From contig OX597818.1 in NCBI GenBank assembly GCA_951406725.2, positions 58,094,001 to 58,158,000 on the forward strand: a stretch of DNA of 64,000 nucleotides, given 5' to 3'. The stretch comes from Octopus vulgaris (taxonomy: Eukaryota). Under the pieces are notes generated by a model. That model did not search any database, was not told the DNA's origin, and saw only the letters and a list, made by a program, of their open reading frames with translations. Below, in pieces: positions 52,398 to 64,000 of the stretch; the stretch's first letter is position 1, and every line of letters begins with the position of its first letter. Made by a program: the position numbers and the translations under genes.

Positions 52398-52540
52398 GCG
52401 AGGCGCAATGGCCCAGTGGTTAGGGCAGCGGACTCGCGGTCGTAGGATCGCGGTTTCGATTCCCAGACCGGGCGTTGTGAGTGTTTATTGAGCGAAAACA
52501 CCTAAAGCTCCACGGGGCTTCGGCAGGGGGTAGGTGGTGG
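52398..52540 (+). mobile_element. SINE family B head only
   Basis: aggcgcaatggcccagtggttagggcagcggactcgcggtcgtaggatcgcggtttcgattcccagacc. Confidence 0.85.
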
Positions 52541-52589
52541 GTTCTGCAACAAAACGTTGTAGTTGCCAACACACACATATATGTTATAT

Positions 52590-52820
52590 ATTTCTTTATT
52601 GCCCACAAAGAGCTAAACACAGAGAGGACAAACAAGGACAGGCAAATGGATTAAGTCGATTATATCGACCCCAGGGCGTAACTGGTACTTAATTTATCGA
52701 CTCCGAAAGGATAAACGGCAAAGTCGACCTCGGTGGAATTTGAACTCAGGACATAATGACAGACGAAATACCGATAAGCATTTCGCTCGGAGTGCTAACG
52801 TATCTGCCAGCTCGCCGTCT
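52590..52820 (-). mobile_element. SINE family A monomer
   Basis: Reverse complement of the family A consensus including the Tx1-like tail. Confidence 0.88.
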
Positions 52821-54169
52821 TAGATATATATATATGTTATGTGCACTGAAAGCAGTAGTTTAGATCATCCATATCTAATTATCTGATGCATATTATTTGC
52901 TTTCTCCGCTGCTTACTGATTGATAGATATCTTTAGTCGGTAGTTATGACGTCGTCGTAATTCATAGCAATGCTTGTCAAAAGCCCCGCTCTGTATTCGA
53001 TTGCATGCATTTGCGTGTCTTATGACTTACTTGTAATGTTTGATTTCTGACCTAATTTCTTTTCATTTTATGACGAACATTGATTTTTCTCGGTGTTGAA
53101 GCCTAGAAATTCTTTGAGAAATTTCCCTGCATGCGAATAATACAATATCACTCTCCAATAATTTGTGTTGCGGAATTGCTGATATAGGAAGCTATCTGCC
53201 ACATATGATTAGCTCGTCCTGGAACAAATTTCATAATTACAGACATAAGGATTCAATAACTATTGTCCTTGATCACGAAATTAAATTATAGGCCAAAACT
53301 GTGTTGGAGCAATGATTACATTTCGATGTATTGTGCTGGTACAATTATATAGGTGTAAATAAAGTAAGGATTTAGAAGCAATATTGAATGAATATGTTAC
53401 GAAAATATACAATTGTAAATCTTGAATAAATAAGCAGTGGAGTTAATGATATAAAACGTAGAAAAATCGATTGTATTTCCTTTAGTTCAGTGGTAAATAA
53501 CATTTCTTCGTGTAATTGAAAGAGATTTGAATCTGTTCCAAGATATTAACACACATGCGATTCTAAAATTATTCCCCTACTAAAGAAAAATAGATAAATA
53601 TCCTACCAACCCATTACTTTGGAATTAATACTTGTTAAGGTAAACATTTACATCTAGACTGTTTGTTTTTATAAGCTCTATGAGTGTAAATGAATCTCCT
53701 TGGTAAATTTCCTAGTATAATTAGTAATAATTTTGTTAAGTATCCACAACACAAGAATATCAATCTCATAATATAATTGTATGGCGTTATGCCTGCAGGA
53801 CATCGAAGTAATTATGGTTGAAAAGTATTTGATGATGTCTACTTGGGCAGTTCCAGAATAAATCGAAACAGCAAGATCAAATCTAAACGTGCCAGAGACG
53901 GAAATATCAACGTCATCGTTCGAGATCCTATACATACGAACCAAATATTTATCTGCCAGACCACACTGCCTTAGAAAAATCGAGGGTTAACTATCAGATG
54001 ATCTGGACACTATATTCTTGAGGGAAAATACTTGTCATATGTTGAATTAAAAATTAGTGAAATTAAGATGTAAAGTGACACAAAATAAAATTTAAATAAA
54101 TAAAAGTAAAATATCTAGAAATACTTGAAATATATTTATAAGTATATTCTTGTATTCTTGTATTCTAAT

Positions 54170-54388
54170 ACCTGTTTCATCCATTTGACTGCGGCCATGC
54201 TGGAGCACTACCTTTAGTTGAGCAAATCGACCACAAGAGATATTCTTTTGTAACCCTAGAACTTATTCTATCGGGTTTTTTGCCGAACCGCTAGTTACAG
54301 GGATGTAAAACACCAACATCGGTTGTCAGGGGACGTCGTGGGTGGGAGGGACAAACACAGACACACAGACACAAATACACACACACAT

Positions 54389-54450
<62 letters not shown>

Positions 54451-54607
54451 GTCGGGCTTGTTTCAGTGTTGTCCTACCAAATCCACTCACAAGAATTTGA
54501 TCGGCATGCGGCTACACTAGAAGACCCTTGCCCAAGATGTCACGCAGTGGGACTGAACCCGGAACCATGTGGTTGGTAAGCAAGCTATTTACCAGAAGGC
54601 ACTCCTA
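54170..54607 (-). mobile_element. SINE family C
   Basis: catttgactgcggccatgctggagcac ... cacgcagtgggactgaacccggaaccatgtggttggtaagcaagc. Confidence 0.88.
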
Positions 54608-54969
54608 TTTATATTTATAGACAAATCAATGTTATTCGAAAATGCATTAATTAGAAATAAAAAATAATTACTGTTGACTTAACATGTATTCTATTCTGAA
54701 AGATGTTTTCGAAATTAGATTATTTCAGGAAAAAATCGCATTAGGATTGATAATAATGTATTTATGTAATTATATTCAGAATTTTAAAATTATTAAATTT
54801 AAAATGCTAAATTGACTTTAGTCAACATATTCAGCAAATCTTATGTATACAAGGAAATCATATTCCTCATGAGAAACAAATTTTGTTATGAAAAAGGTGT
54901 TTGATATTAAGAATGAATCATCTTACATCTTCCTCCATCTCTCTTCCCAACGCATAAAACGTGAACCTA

Positions 54970-55320
54970 TATCTATGTATCTATATACGTATGTATGCAT
55001 GTATCTATATACGTATGTGTGTATGCATGCATGTACCTATATACGTATGTATGTATGCATGTATCTACATACGTATGTATGTATGCATGTATCTATATAC
55101 GGATGTATGTATGCATGTATCTATATACGTATGTATGTACGTATCTATATACGTATATATGTATGCATGTATCTATATACGTATGTATGTATCTATATAC
55201 GTATGTATGTATGCATGTATCTATATACGTATGTATGTATGCATTTATCTATATACGTATGTATGTATGTATGTATGTATGTATGTATGTATCTATCTAT
55301 CTATCTATCTATCGATCTAT
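54970..55320. repeat. About 24-bp minisatellite (gtatgtatgcatgtatctatatac)n grading into (GTAT)n/(TATC)n
   Basis: Unit recurs about ten times with 4-bp length variants. Confidence 0.88.
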
Positions 55321-55322
55321 CT

Positions 55323-55703
55323 GCGGAGGCGCAATGGCCCAGTGGCTAGGACAGCGGCCTCGCGGTCATAGGATCACCGTTTCGATTCACAGACCGGGCG
55401 TTGTGAGTGTTTATTGAGCGAAAACACCTAATGCTCCACGAGGCTCCTGCAGGGGGTGGGTGGTGGGCCCTGCTGTACTCTCTCAACATAATTCTCTCTC
55501 ACTCGTATTTCCTGTTACTCTTGTGCCTGTATTTCGAAAGACCAGCCCTGTTACACTCTGTGTTACGCTCAATCTGCCCGAGAACTACGTTAAGGGTAAA
55601 CGTGTCTGTGGAGCACTCAGTCATTTGCACGTTAATTTCACGAGCAGGCTGTTCCGTTGTTTGGATCAACTGGAATCTTCGTCGTCGTAAGTGACCGAGG
55701 GCC
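55323..55703 (+). mobile_element. SINE family B, full length
   Basis: B head plus B tail (gaactacgttaagggta.acgtgtctgtggag...aatttcacgagcaggctgttccgttg...gtcgtcgtaa). Confidence 0.9.
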
Positions 55704-55788
55704 ACGTCGTCACCTCATCTCTCTCTCTTTCTCTCTCTCTCTCTCTATCTACCTATCACTCAGTCTACCTATCTATCTATCTACCTAC

Positions 55789-55841
<53 letters not shown>

Positions 55842-55842
55842 A

Positions 55843-55890
<48 letters not shown>

Positions 55891-56773
55891 GTCTACCTAC
55901 CTGTCTGTCTACCTATCTATCAGTCTGTCTACCTATCTATATATCTTTCTATCAATCTCTCTCCTTGTCTCGCTTCCCCCCTCTTTCTCTCCATATATAT
56001 ATATATATATATATATATGTGTATGTATAATAAAGAGTAAAACTAATTTATTTTGCTGTCTTGGAGGTTTTCTTATGATAGTGAAATAATAGATTTTAAC
56101 TGCTAATTCTAAATTTCAGTATCTGGTGAAGCAAATTTTTGCTGAACCCTGTTTCCTTTCTCCTAACTCGACGTCATATTCCTTTTCCAGCATCCCAATC
56201 TCCACTCTTCCTCTCCCCCTAAATTGTAGTCTTTCTCCCTTTCTCCCTTCCTTGTTTTCTCTCTCTCTCTCTCTCTCCCTCTCTCTCTCTGTCTTTTATC
56301 CTTCTTTCCCTATATTTCCTGCCCACACATGATCCGTGACTTATTTTCTCGTCTCTTTCCCTTTCGGCACCGGACGCTTACCTTGCAGGTCAGTTTTACC
56401 TCCTCTCTTGCTATTTATCTTATTACATCCATTCAAGTTTTCTTCCAGGCGTTACTCATCACTGTCGATTGTTTGCGCGAAACGTCGTATTTATTCTGTC
56501 TTTTCCAATCATTTTAAATTACATTTGTTTATTATCCTACGCCCACTCTTTGAAATAGTTCCGTTTGCTTGAGGCCTAAGTCTCTGCACATTTTGCCGAT
56601 ACCGCTGATATGCAAAGTTCTTAGTCTTATCATTAAGGGCATGACACTGAGTATTAACATTTCGGTTGATAACTGAAAAAGAATTAGGATCCTTCTGTAC
56701 GTGTACATTTTTTAGTATTTAATGCCATTTTCATTGTGTGTGTATATATATATATATACATCTATGTACATAT

Positions 56774-56827
<54 letters not shown>

Positions 56828-56867
56828 CTGTGTGTGTGTGTGTGTGTGTGAGTGTGTGTGTGTGTGT

Positions 56868-57127
56868 GTGGAGGCGCAATGGCCTAGTGGTTAGGGCAGC
56901 GACTTGCGGTCGAAGGATCGCGGTTTCGATTCCCAGACCGGGCGTTATGTGTGTTTATTGAGCGAAAACACCTTAAAGCTCCCCGAGGCTCCGGTAGGGA
57001 GTGGTGATCCCTGCTGTACTCTTTCACCACTCTTTCTCTCACTCTAAAGCAAAAACAATGCGAACGCATTGTGACCAGCGATGTGTAGCAACATCTGAAG
57101 GGCTGGTCGGTCACGTGATCACGTGAT
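56868..57127 (+). mobile_element. SINE: B head + 'F' tail
   Basis: B head to ctttctctcactct, then the module shared with 42591-42711, ending cacgtgatcacgtgat(at)n. Confidence 0.85.
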
Positions 57128-57151
57128 ATATATATATATATAAACACAAAT

Positions 57152-57375
57152 GTGGGGGCGCGTGGCTTCGTGGTTATGGTGTCAACCTCATAATCGTAAG
57201 ATTGTGGTTTCGATTCCTGGACTGGGTGACGCGTTGTGTTCTCGAGCAAAACGATTCATTTCACGTTGCTCCAGTCCACTCAGCTGGCAAAAATGAGTAA
57301 CGCTGCGATGGACTGGCGTCCCATCCACCCGGGAAACCGAGCCCATGAGCCTGGCTAGGCTTTAAAAGGCCGAGT
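57152..57375 (+). mobile_element. SINE: E head (CORE-like) + 'V-like' tail
   Basis: ggcgcgtggctt.gtggtta...tttcacgttgctccagtccactcagctggcaaaaa.gagta is shared with 62031-62354. Tail ctgcgatggactggcgtccc.tcca...ggaaacc...atgagcc is shared with 23136-23465. Confidence 0.82.
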
Positions 57376-57752
57376 TTATTTATTTATTTTTTATATATAC
57401 ACTCATACATACATAATACACAGGCACACACAGAAAGTTTGCTTTAAATTTGAATCCTGATAAACTCATGTTTATCTTCGTCATTACCGTAATCTATGAG
57501 CGGAATATACTTGCATATATATATATCCAGGGTTTAACCAGTAGTATAACGGATACTTCTAACCCTCAGACGTTCATAGCAAACTCTATCTCTGCTAAGT
57601 TTTTATCAATGGCCAGCATATTAAAAATAATACCTTTAAAGGTTAAATGTATAAACAGCTTCTAGTGATGAATTATATGGTTATGGACGATGTGTCTAGT
57701 TTCGGCATATTTGGCATTAGAAATTTTTTCTTTTGCCCTTGTTTATAAGTTG

Positions 57753-57792
<40 letters not shown>

Positions 57793-58132
57793 AAGATTTA
57801 GTTCACAGATGATCTAAACGATTAGGTACGCTAGGTAACGGATTATTGGGGCTCCAGTGTTATAGCCGAGACAGTAGTTATGGAGCTATTGCACATTTGC
57901 TATGCAGCCGATAGATAATGGTTAAACAGGACAGAGAACATTAAAGAAAAGCAAACATCTCAAGTCGTATACAATAATATTACAGGAAGACATTGAAAAT
58001 CTCTAACTTCCTTCTGGGATATCCCCGAGTGTGGGATACTCCGTCATCAGAGACAAATAGGGAAAAATAGGGAAAATGAGACGACATACAAGAAGGAAAT
58101 AAAATAGTAAGGAGACTGGAAGACAAGAAAAA

Positions 58133-58468
58133 AAAAAGCATAAAATTTCATTGTTAAGCTTTCCGAAGTTATAGAAACCAAAGCATGAATCCTTTGGTGC
58201 AATACTGTGTAGATCCATGAGCGTAAGTCCTTAGGTGCAATCCTGCGTATATCCGTCTGGTTGAATAACATTCTGTTATTGAACGTTGATAGGTTCGCCT
58301 CTTTTTTCTTCAGATGTCTAGTATATCAGGGCTTTAACCAACACGGATCTACGTAGGATTATGCCTTAGGATGGAGCTCATGGATCTACACAGGATTGCT
58401 CCTAAGGACTCATGCTCTGGTTTCTATAACATCAGAAAGTTGACCTATGAACTTTTATGATTCTTTTT
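58133..58468. mobile_element. Fold-back/MITE-like element with internally repeated inverted arms
   Basis: 58133-58265 aligns to the reverse complement of 58333-58468 (gttatagaaacca.agcatga.tcctt.gg.gcaat.ctgtgtagatccatgagc). Each arm holds two copies of a tcctt.ggtgcaat.ctg.gta.atcc subunit. Confidence 0.7.
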
Positions 58469-58479
58469 AGATGCTTTTT

Positions 58480-58815
58480 TTTCTAAGCCTGATATTTATA
58501 CAATCGGTCCCCTTTGCTGAATCGCTAAATTACGGTAATACAACCATAAGAACTCCGGCTTTCAGACAATAGTGGCGGTCAAACACAGACACAGATACAC
58601 ACAAACACAGATACATACACACACACATATGCACACACACATACATATATACATATATTCGATGAGCTTCTTTCAGTTTCCATCTGCTAATGCTCTGAAA
58701 AGGCTTTCATTGCCCGAGGCTATAGTAGAAGACACTTGCCCAAAGTGCCACGAGGTGGGACTGAACCCGGAACCATGTGGTCGGGACGCAAGCTTCTTAT
58801 CACATAGCCACCCAT
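58480..58815 (-). mobile_element. SINE family C, decayed
   Basis: gcccgaggctatagtagaagacacttgcccaa.gtgccacg..gtgggactgaacccggaaccatgtgg. Confidence 0.8.
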
Positions 58816-59714
58816 GTTCATATTATTTGATAATTATTCAGATATTTCTAAAATATTCGGCGACTGCAGAAAATAAAATAAATGCATTACATTAGAAATA
58901 TATTCGGGCATTATAAATAGCAGGAATAGATACGTTCTTGTATGAAAAATGATTTAATTGCAATATTGACATTTTCGGAACGAATACATGTTAAATCAAA
59001 TTAAACGTTATATCTTAGTCAATATGTTTTTTACTCTCAATTAACATTCCATAATGTTCACCCCGTAATTAGATACATTCTAAGGACGTTTCCTCCAAGC
59101 AACATCTATTTAGATTCAGTTCAAATGTTGACATGTTTCATTAGTTATTCGATATTTAAAACACAGCCCTAATAACAAATAACAATATAATTGTAAAAGA
59201 ATTCTAGTAATAAATAAAATAAAACAAATTTTGAGACTAAGCGAAAAAATAATGGTATCGGCATTATTGATTCCATTAACCATTTAATAATTAAATACTA
59301 ATGATATAGAAGAATATAATCTATTTTGATTGAAGTGTTACTCAAAGGTTATTCCTGGACTGCAGGTGCTCCGTTTGTAAAAACTTTGAGATAGAACAAA
59401 GCCCACTAAAAATACATATGGCGCATTTCCTTCCTCATATGGTTTTGTTAACTATAGGTTATATTGAAATCTTGTAATATATTGAACTCATGTAATGAAA
59501 GGTTACATGTACTTTCTTAAACTTAATTCACACCTACAAGCACATACATACGTACATTCATATAGATCATAGGTTCTCAAATTGGGTGCTACTACAGCCC
59601 AGTGGGCGATTGAGACGGTAGAGGAGGCGCCAGTATCTAAGGGTGCAGCGGAGGGTGCGGTAGAGAGAAAGGATGCGTTGGGAGGAAGGCGGTGGATTGG
59701 GGGACGCTATGAAT

Positions 59715-60133
59715 AACCCCAGGACTTATCCTTTGTAAGCCTAGTACTTAATGCATCTGTCTCTTTTCTCGAACCTGCTAAGTTACGGGGATGTAAACAG
59801 ACCAGCGTCGGTTGTCAAGCGATGTTGGATGGGGGGCAAACATAGACATATAAACATATATATTATACATATACATACATACATATATATATGTTTTTCT
59901 CTAGTTTCAGCTCAGAGCTATGCATGCTGATGCACCGCGGTTATTATATATATGTATGTATGCATATATACGACGGGCTTCTTTCAGTTACCGTCTACCA
60001 AATCCACTCACAAGGCTTTGGTCGGCTCGAGGCTATAGTAGAAGACACATGCCTAAGATGCCACGCAGTGGGACTGAACCCGGAACCATCTGGTTCGTAA
60101 GCAAGCTACTTTACACACAGGCACTCCTGCGCC
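59715..60133 (-). mobile_element. SINE family C with a nested ultra-short LINE 3' end (59901-59938)
   Basis: Family C body. ctagtttcagctcagagct.tg.catgctg..gcaccgc lies inside its internal microsatellite. Confidence 0.85.
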
Positions 60134-60231
60134 TTAGTTATGTATATTTAAGATATCTAGCACTAGACATCTCATATCTTTTTTGTACATTTATCTCTCA
60201 TTTATCTCATACACACAAACACACTCACTCA

Positions 60232-60313
<82 letters not shown>

Positions 60314-60683
60314 TATATATTGATATGTTTAACAACTATTGTGTTGACCGTGTCTTCGAAATCCCGTCTCGCGAAAACCATCATCGACCTGTGACCGAAA
60401 ATTTGAAGAGCAGATTTTGAATCAAAGACATGATATTACTTCTTTATGGAATTCGCCATCTGACATACACTATGAGAATACAATTGCCTCAAAATAGAAA
60501 ATATTCTTAGATGCGTTCATCATCTCTTTTGAGAGAAATTAAAGTATTTGTGTACACATTACTGCGTGTGTGACACTTCTAGTTAACACGTCATGCTCAA
60601 ATTGTTGTGGCTGTGGATTAATAGCAGTAAATGTTTGGCGAATAAGTCTACACATATGTCTTGGGTTTTACCATCACTCTCTC

Positions 60684-61040
60684 GTGGAGGCGCAATGGCC
60701 CAGTTGTTAGGGCAGCGGACTCGCGGTCATAGAATCGCGGTTTCGATTCCCAGACCGGGCGTTGTGAGTGTTTATTAAGCGAAAACACCTAAAAGCTCCA
60801 CGAATGTCCGGCAGGGGATGGTGGTGATCCCTGCTGTACTCTTTCACCACAACTTTCTCTTACTTCCTGTTTCTGTTGTACCTGTACTTCAAAGAGCCGG
60901 CCTTGTCACTCTCTGTGTCACGCTGAATATCCCCGAGAACTACGTTAAGTGTACACGTGTCTGTGGAGTGCTCAGCCACTTACACGTTAATTTCACGAGC
61001 AGGCTGTTCCGTTGATTCGTTCCGTTGATTCCGTGCTTCC
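60684..61040 (+). mobile_element. SINE family B
   Basis: B head plus B tail with a rearranged terminus (ttccgttgattcg repeated). Confidence 0.9.
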
Positions 61041-61079
61041 ACTCTCTGAATCATAACTCTTATGTTTTTTTTACTCTTT

Positions 61080-61461
61080 TTACTTGTTTCAGTCATTTGA
61101 CTGAGGCCATGCTGGAGTAAATCGACCCCAGGACTTATTCTTTGTAAGCCTAGTACTTATTCTATCGGTCTCTTTTGCCGAACCGCTAAGTTACGGTAAC
61201 GTAAACACACCACCGTGGGGGTGGGGTGGGGGGCAAACACAGACACACAAACATATACACACACATACATATATACATATTTACGACGGGATTCTTTCAG
61301 TTTCCGTCTACCAAATCCGCTCACAAGGCTTTGGTCGGCCCGAGGCTATAGTAGAAGACACCTGCCCAAGATGACACGCAGTGGGACTGAAACCGGAACC
61401 ATGTGGCTGGTAAGCAAGCCACTTACCACACAGCCACAACCACACAGCCACTCCTACGCCT
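61080..61461 (-). mobile_element. SINE family C
   Basis: tacttgtttcagtcatttgactg ... cacagccactcctacgcc. Confidence 0.9.
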
Positions 61462-62030
61462 AAATCAAGAATTTATATTTATAAACCAGTCAATATAATT
61501 GTCTAAGATCTTTTTTCAATATTCCGAAGCAGAAACGTGGAGAATATCGTGATTTCTCTTTAGTGTAGCAGCACCTCTACTACAAAATGTTATACGCTGA
61601 ATAATTCAAGGTATAGATGGTATTGTGATAGGAAAACCGTGTGAAATATAATATTGTGTCTGTGCTACGATTTTACTGATTAGAAATTGTGAAAAATGTG
61701 TTCTCTGAAATGATATTTTCACAATGTGCAGTATTGTGATAGTATCATGACATTACTTAGAGGAAGAGAGATTCGATGTATGTTTTGTGGGTACGGTGGA
61801 CGTCTTTTCTGTGATATTCTTTTAGTAAGCCCAATGAGACTTATGCTATTCTATTGGATAAAACATTAGTTAATTCAATTGAACATGCAAGGTAATCACA
61901 ACGAAATCTCTTACCGAAAGATCGAACATATAAGAGCAGGATTTATTACGCTGAAGTAAAAATATAATACTTAAGAATATTAACTCCAGTCGGAGCATAT
62001 TCAATCAATGTATTATGTAATTCTATTCTA

Positions 62031-62354
62031 GAGCACTCCGTCGGTGACGACGAAGAGGGTCCCAGCTGATACGATCACTGGAACAGCTTGCTCGTGAAAT
62101 TAACGTCCAAGTGGCTGAGCATTCCACAGACGCGTGTACTCTTAACGTAGTTTGCAATGAGATTCAGCGTGACACAGAATGTGACAAGGCTGTCCCTTTG
62201 AAATACAGGTGCTACTCGTTTTTGCCAGCTGAGTGGACTGGAGCAACGTGAAATAAAGTGTCTTGCTCAAGGACAAAACGCGTCGGCGGGAATCGAATTC
62301 ACAACCTTACCATCATGAGCTGGATGCGCTAACCACTAAGCCACGCGCCCTCAC
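62031..62354 (-). mobile_element. SINE: E head (CORE-like) + B tail
   Basis: Head shared with 57152-57300. Tail shared with 13917-14090 and 60880-61015. Confidence 0.85.
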
Positions 62355-62386
62355 TGAAATTTTGTTAAACCGAAACAAAAGTACAA

Positions 62387-63020
62387 GGTGGCGAGCTAGC
62401 AGAAACGTTAGCACGCCGGGCGAAGTGCTTAGAGGGAATTTCGTCTGCCGCTACATTCTGAGTTCAAATTTCGCCGAGGTCGACTTTAACTTTCATCCTT
62501 TCGGGGTCGATTAAATAAGTACCAGTTACGCACTGGAGTCGATGTAATCGACTTAATCCGTTTGTCTGTCCTTGTTTGTCCTCTCTGTGTTTAGCTCCTT
62601 GTGAGTAGTAAAGAAATAGGTATTTCGTCTGTCGTTACGTTCTGATTTCAAATTGCGCCGAGGTCGACTTTGCCTCTCATCATTTCGGGGTCGATAAATT
62701 ACGTGCCAGTTACGTACTGGGGTCGATATAATCGACTTAATTCCTGTGTCTGTCCTTGTTTGTCACCACTATATTTAGCGCCTTGTGGGCAATAAGGAAA
62801 TAAGAAACGTTAGCACGCCGGGCGAAATGCTTAGCTTATTTCGTCTGCCATTACGTTCTAAGTTCAAATTCCGCCGAGGTCGACTTTGCCTTTCATCCCT
62901 TTGCCGTCGATAAATTAAGTACCAGTCACACACTGGTGTCGATGTAATCTACTTAATCTGCTTGTCTGCCCTTGTTTGTTCCCTCTGTGTTTAGCCCCTT
63001 GTGGGCAGTAAAGAAATAAG
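62387..63020 (+). mobile_element. SINE family A trimer
   Basis: Junctions at 62611-62630 and 62791-62820. Possible TSD aacaaaagtacaag (62374-62387) / aacaaaactacaag (63029-63042). Confidence 0.9.
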
Positions 63021-63779
63021 AAGTAAGGAACAAAACTACAAGAATTGCATAATTATATTCAATATTTAATATCCATATTCCTTATAAGGTATCATTCTTT
63101 AAAATCAAATGCGTAGTTTCTGTAATTATAATTCTGTTTCTTGTAGTAGAAATCTTCCTCTTTTATTCCAGAGGTCATTCTATACCTCACCTCGCAGAAA
63201 CTTTGTGTTACTCGTAAAAGAAATATTGCAACAAACCAACTGTGAATAATAATGAAGGAAGACCGTGACGCGCACTGAAGTAGAATACTTTTTCCCCCGT
63301 TAATAAGACACGTAAGGATTCTTTCACAAAATCGAGGGGGAAAAAAGCAATTTTAGGGAATAGAGGTAGTTTGTATAGTCGTCATTCTTCCCTTATTCAG
63401 CCGGAAGAAGACGAAGTCATATGACATAAAGTATAAAAGTTGAAATTGTCAATAATTGCAATCACAAAAGGATCACAACGGCTGCGGCGGTAGTCGTCGC
63501 GGTGGTGAAGTTGGGTTGATGATGATAATGATGATGATGGTGATTGCAGTGGTGTTGATTGTGTGGATGACGGAGCAGCTGCAGCTGCTGCTGATGATGA
63601 TGATGGCAGGGCTTGTCGTTTGACTGGAAGAGCAGCGGTGAGAGAGATGATGATGATTACGACGACAACGACGCTGGTGATTATCAAATATTATGGTGTT
63701 AATGGCGATAATGATGGTGGCGATAGTAGTAGTAGTATTGTTCTGTGGAAGACAGACACATAAAGTTATAGACTAACAA

Positions 63780-63930
<151 letters not shown>

Positions 63931-64000
63931 GATGCATGGAGATGCTGACAAGTTGCGTTGGGTAAATTGTCACCATTTTACATTTTTAATTTTGCGCACT

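Noticed and set aside
52398-52475. tRNA gene
   Set aside because: tRNA-like A/B boxes continue straight into SINE B body sequence found in many copies, so it is a SINE head rather than a tRNA.
53678-53944. 88-aa minus-strand ORF as a host exon
   Set aside because: No recognisable domain and no convincing splice-site pair. Small exons elsewhere cannot be excluded without RNA data.
54970-55300. CRISPR-like regular repeats
   Set aside because: Tandem minisatellite with no unique spacers, in a eukaryotic context with no cas genes.
56461-56490. Another CUGUCGA...GAAACGUC hammerhead-like motif
   Set aside because: Stems I and II do not pair convincingly.
59568-59710. hAT-like terminal sequence (cataggttctcaaattggg)
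   Set aside because: No matching right TIR or 8-bp TSD found.

Overview
AT-rich, microsatellite-dense animal genomic DNA with no recognisable host protein-coding exon. It is probably intronic or intergenic, and the SINE repertoire looks like Octopus/coleoid cephalopod (from recall, not a search). Almost all real coding signal is from non-LTR retrotransposons. (i) A 5'-truncated CR1-group EN-RT element lies at 6854-9266. (ii) A near-full-length Tx1/L1-clade element at 24474-30924 (gag-like CCHC ORF1 plus APE-RT-zinc finger ORF2) sits head-to-tail with two more 3' ends of the same family inside a compound (TATC)n array. (iii) An internal fragment of that family at 17424-18188 has a 10-bp flanking duplication. 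(iv) There are decayed CR1/L2-group and R4/Dong-like fragments. Also present are one clean non-autonomous Helitron (34460-34968) and about 30 loci of several tRNA-derived SINE families, labelled A, B, C and E here for convenience. The most interesting signals are: two SINE/LINE 3'-tail partnerships visible within the window, apparent (TATC)n targeting by the Tx1 family, a SINE multimer with identical junctions at three loci, combinatorial SINE head/tail swapping, a repeat family carrying a minimal hammerhead-like motif with a shared non-canonical core, and several fold-back hairpins embedded in (TA)n. Most short ORFs in the track are microsatellite or SINE read-throughs.
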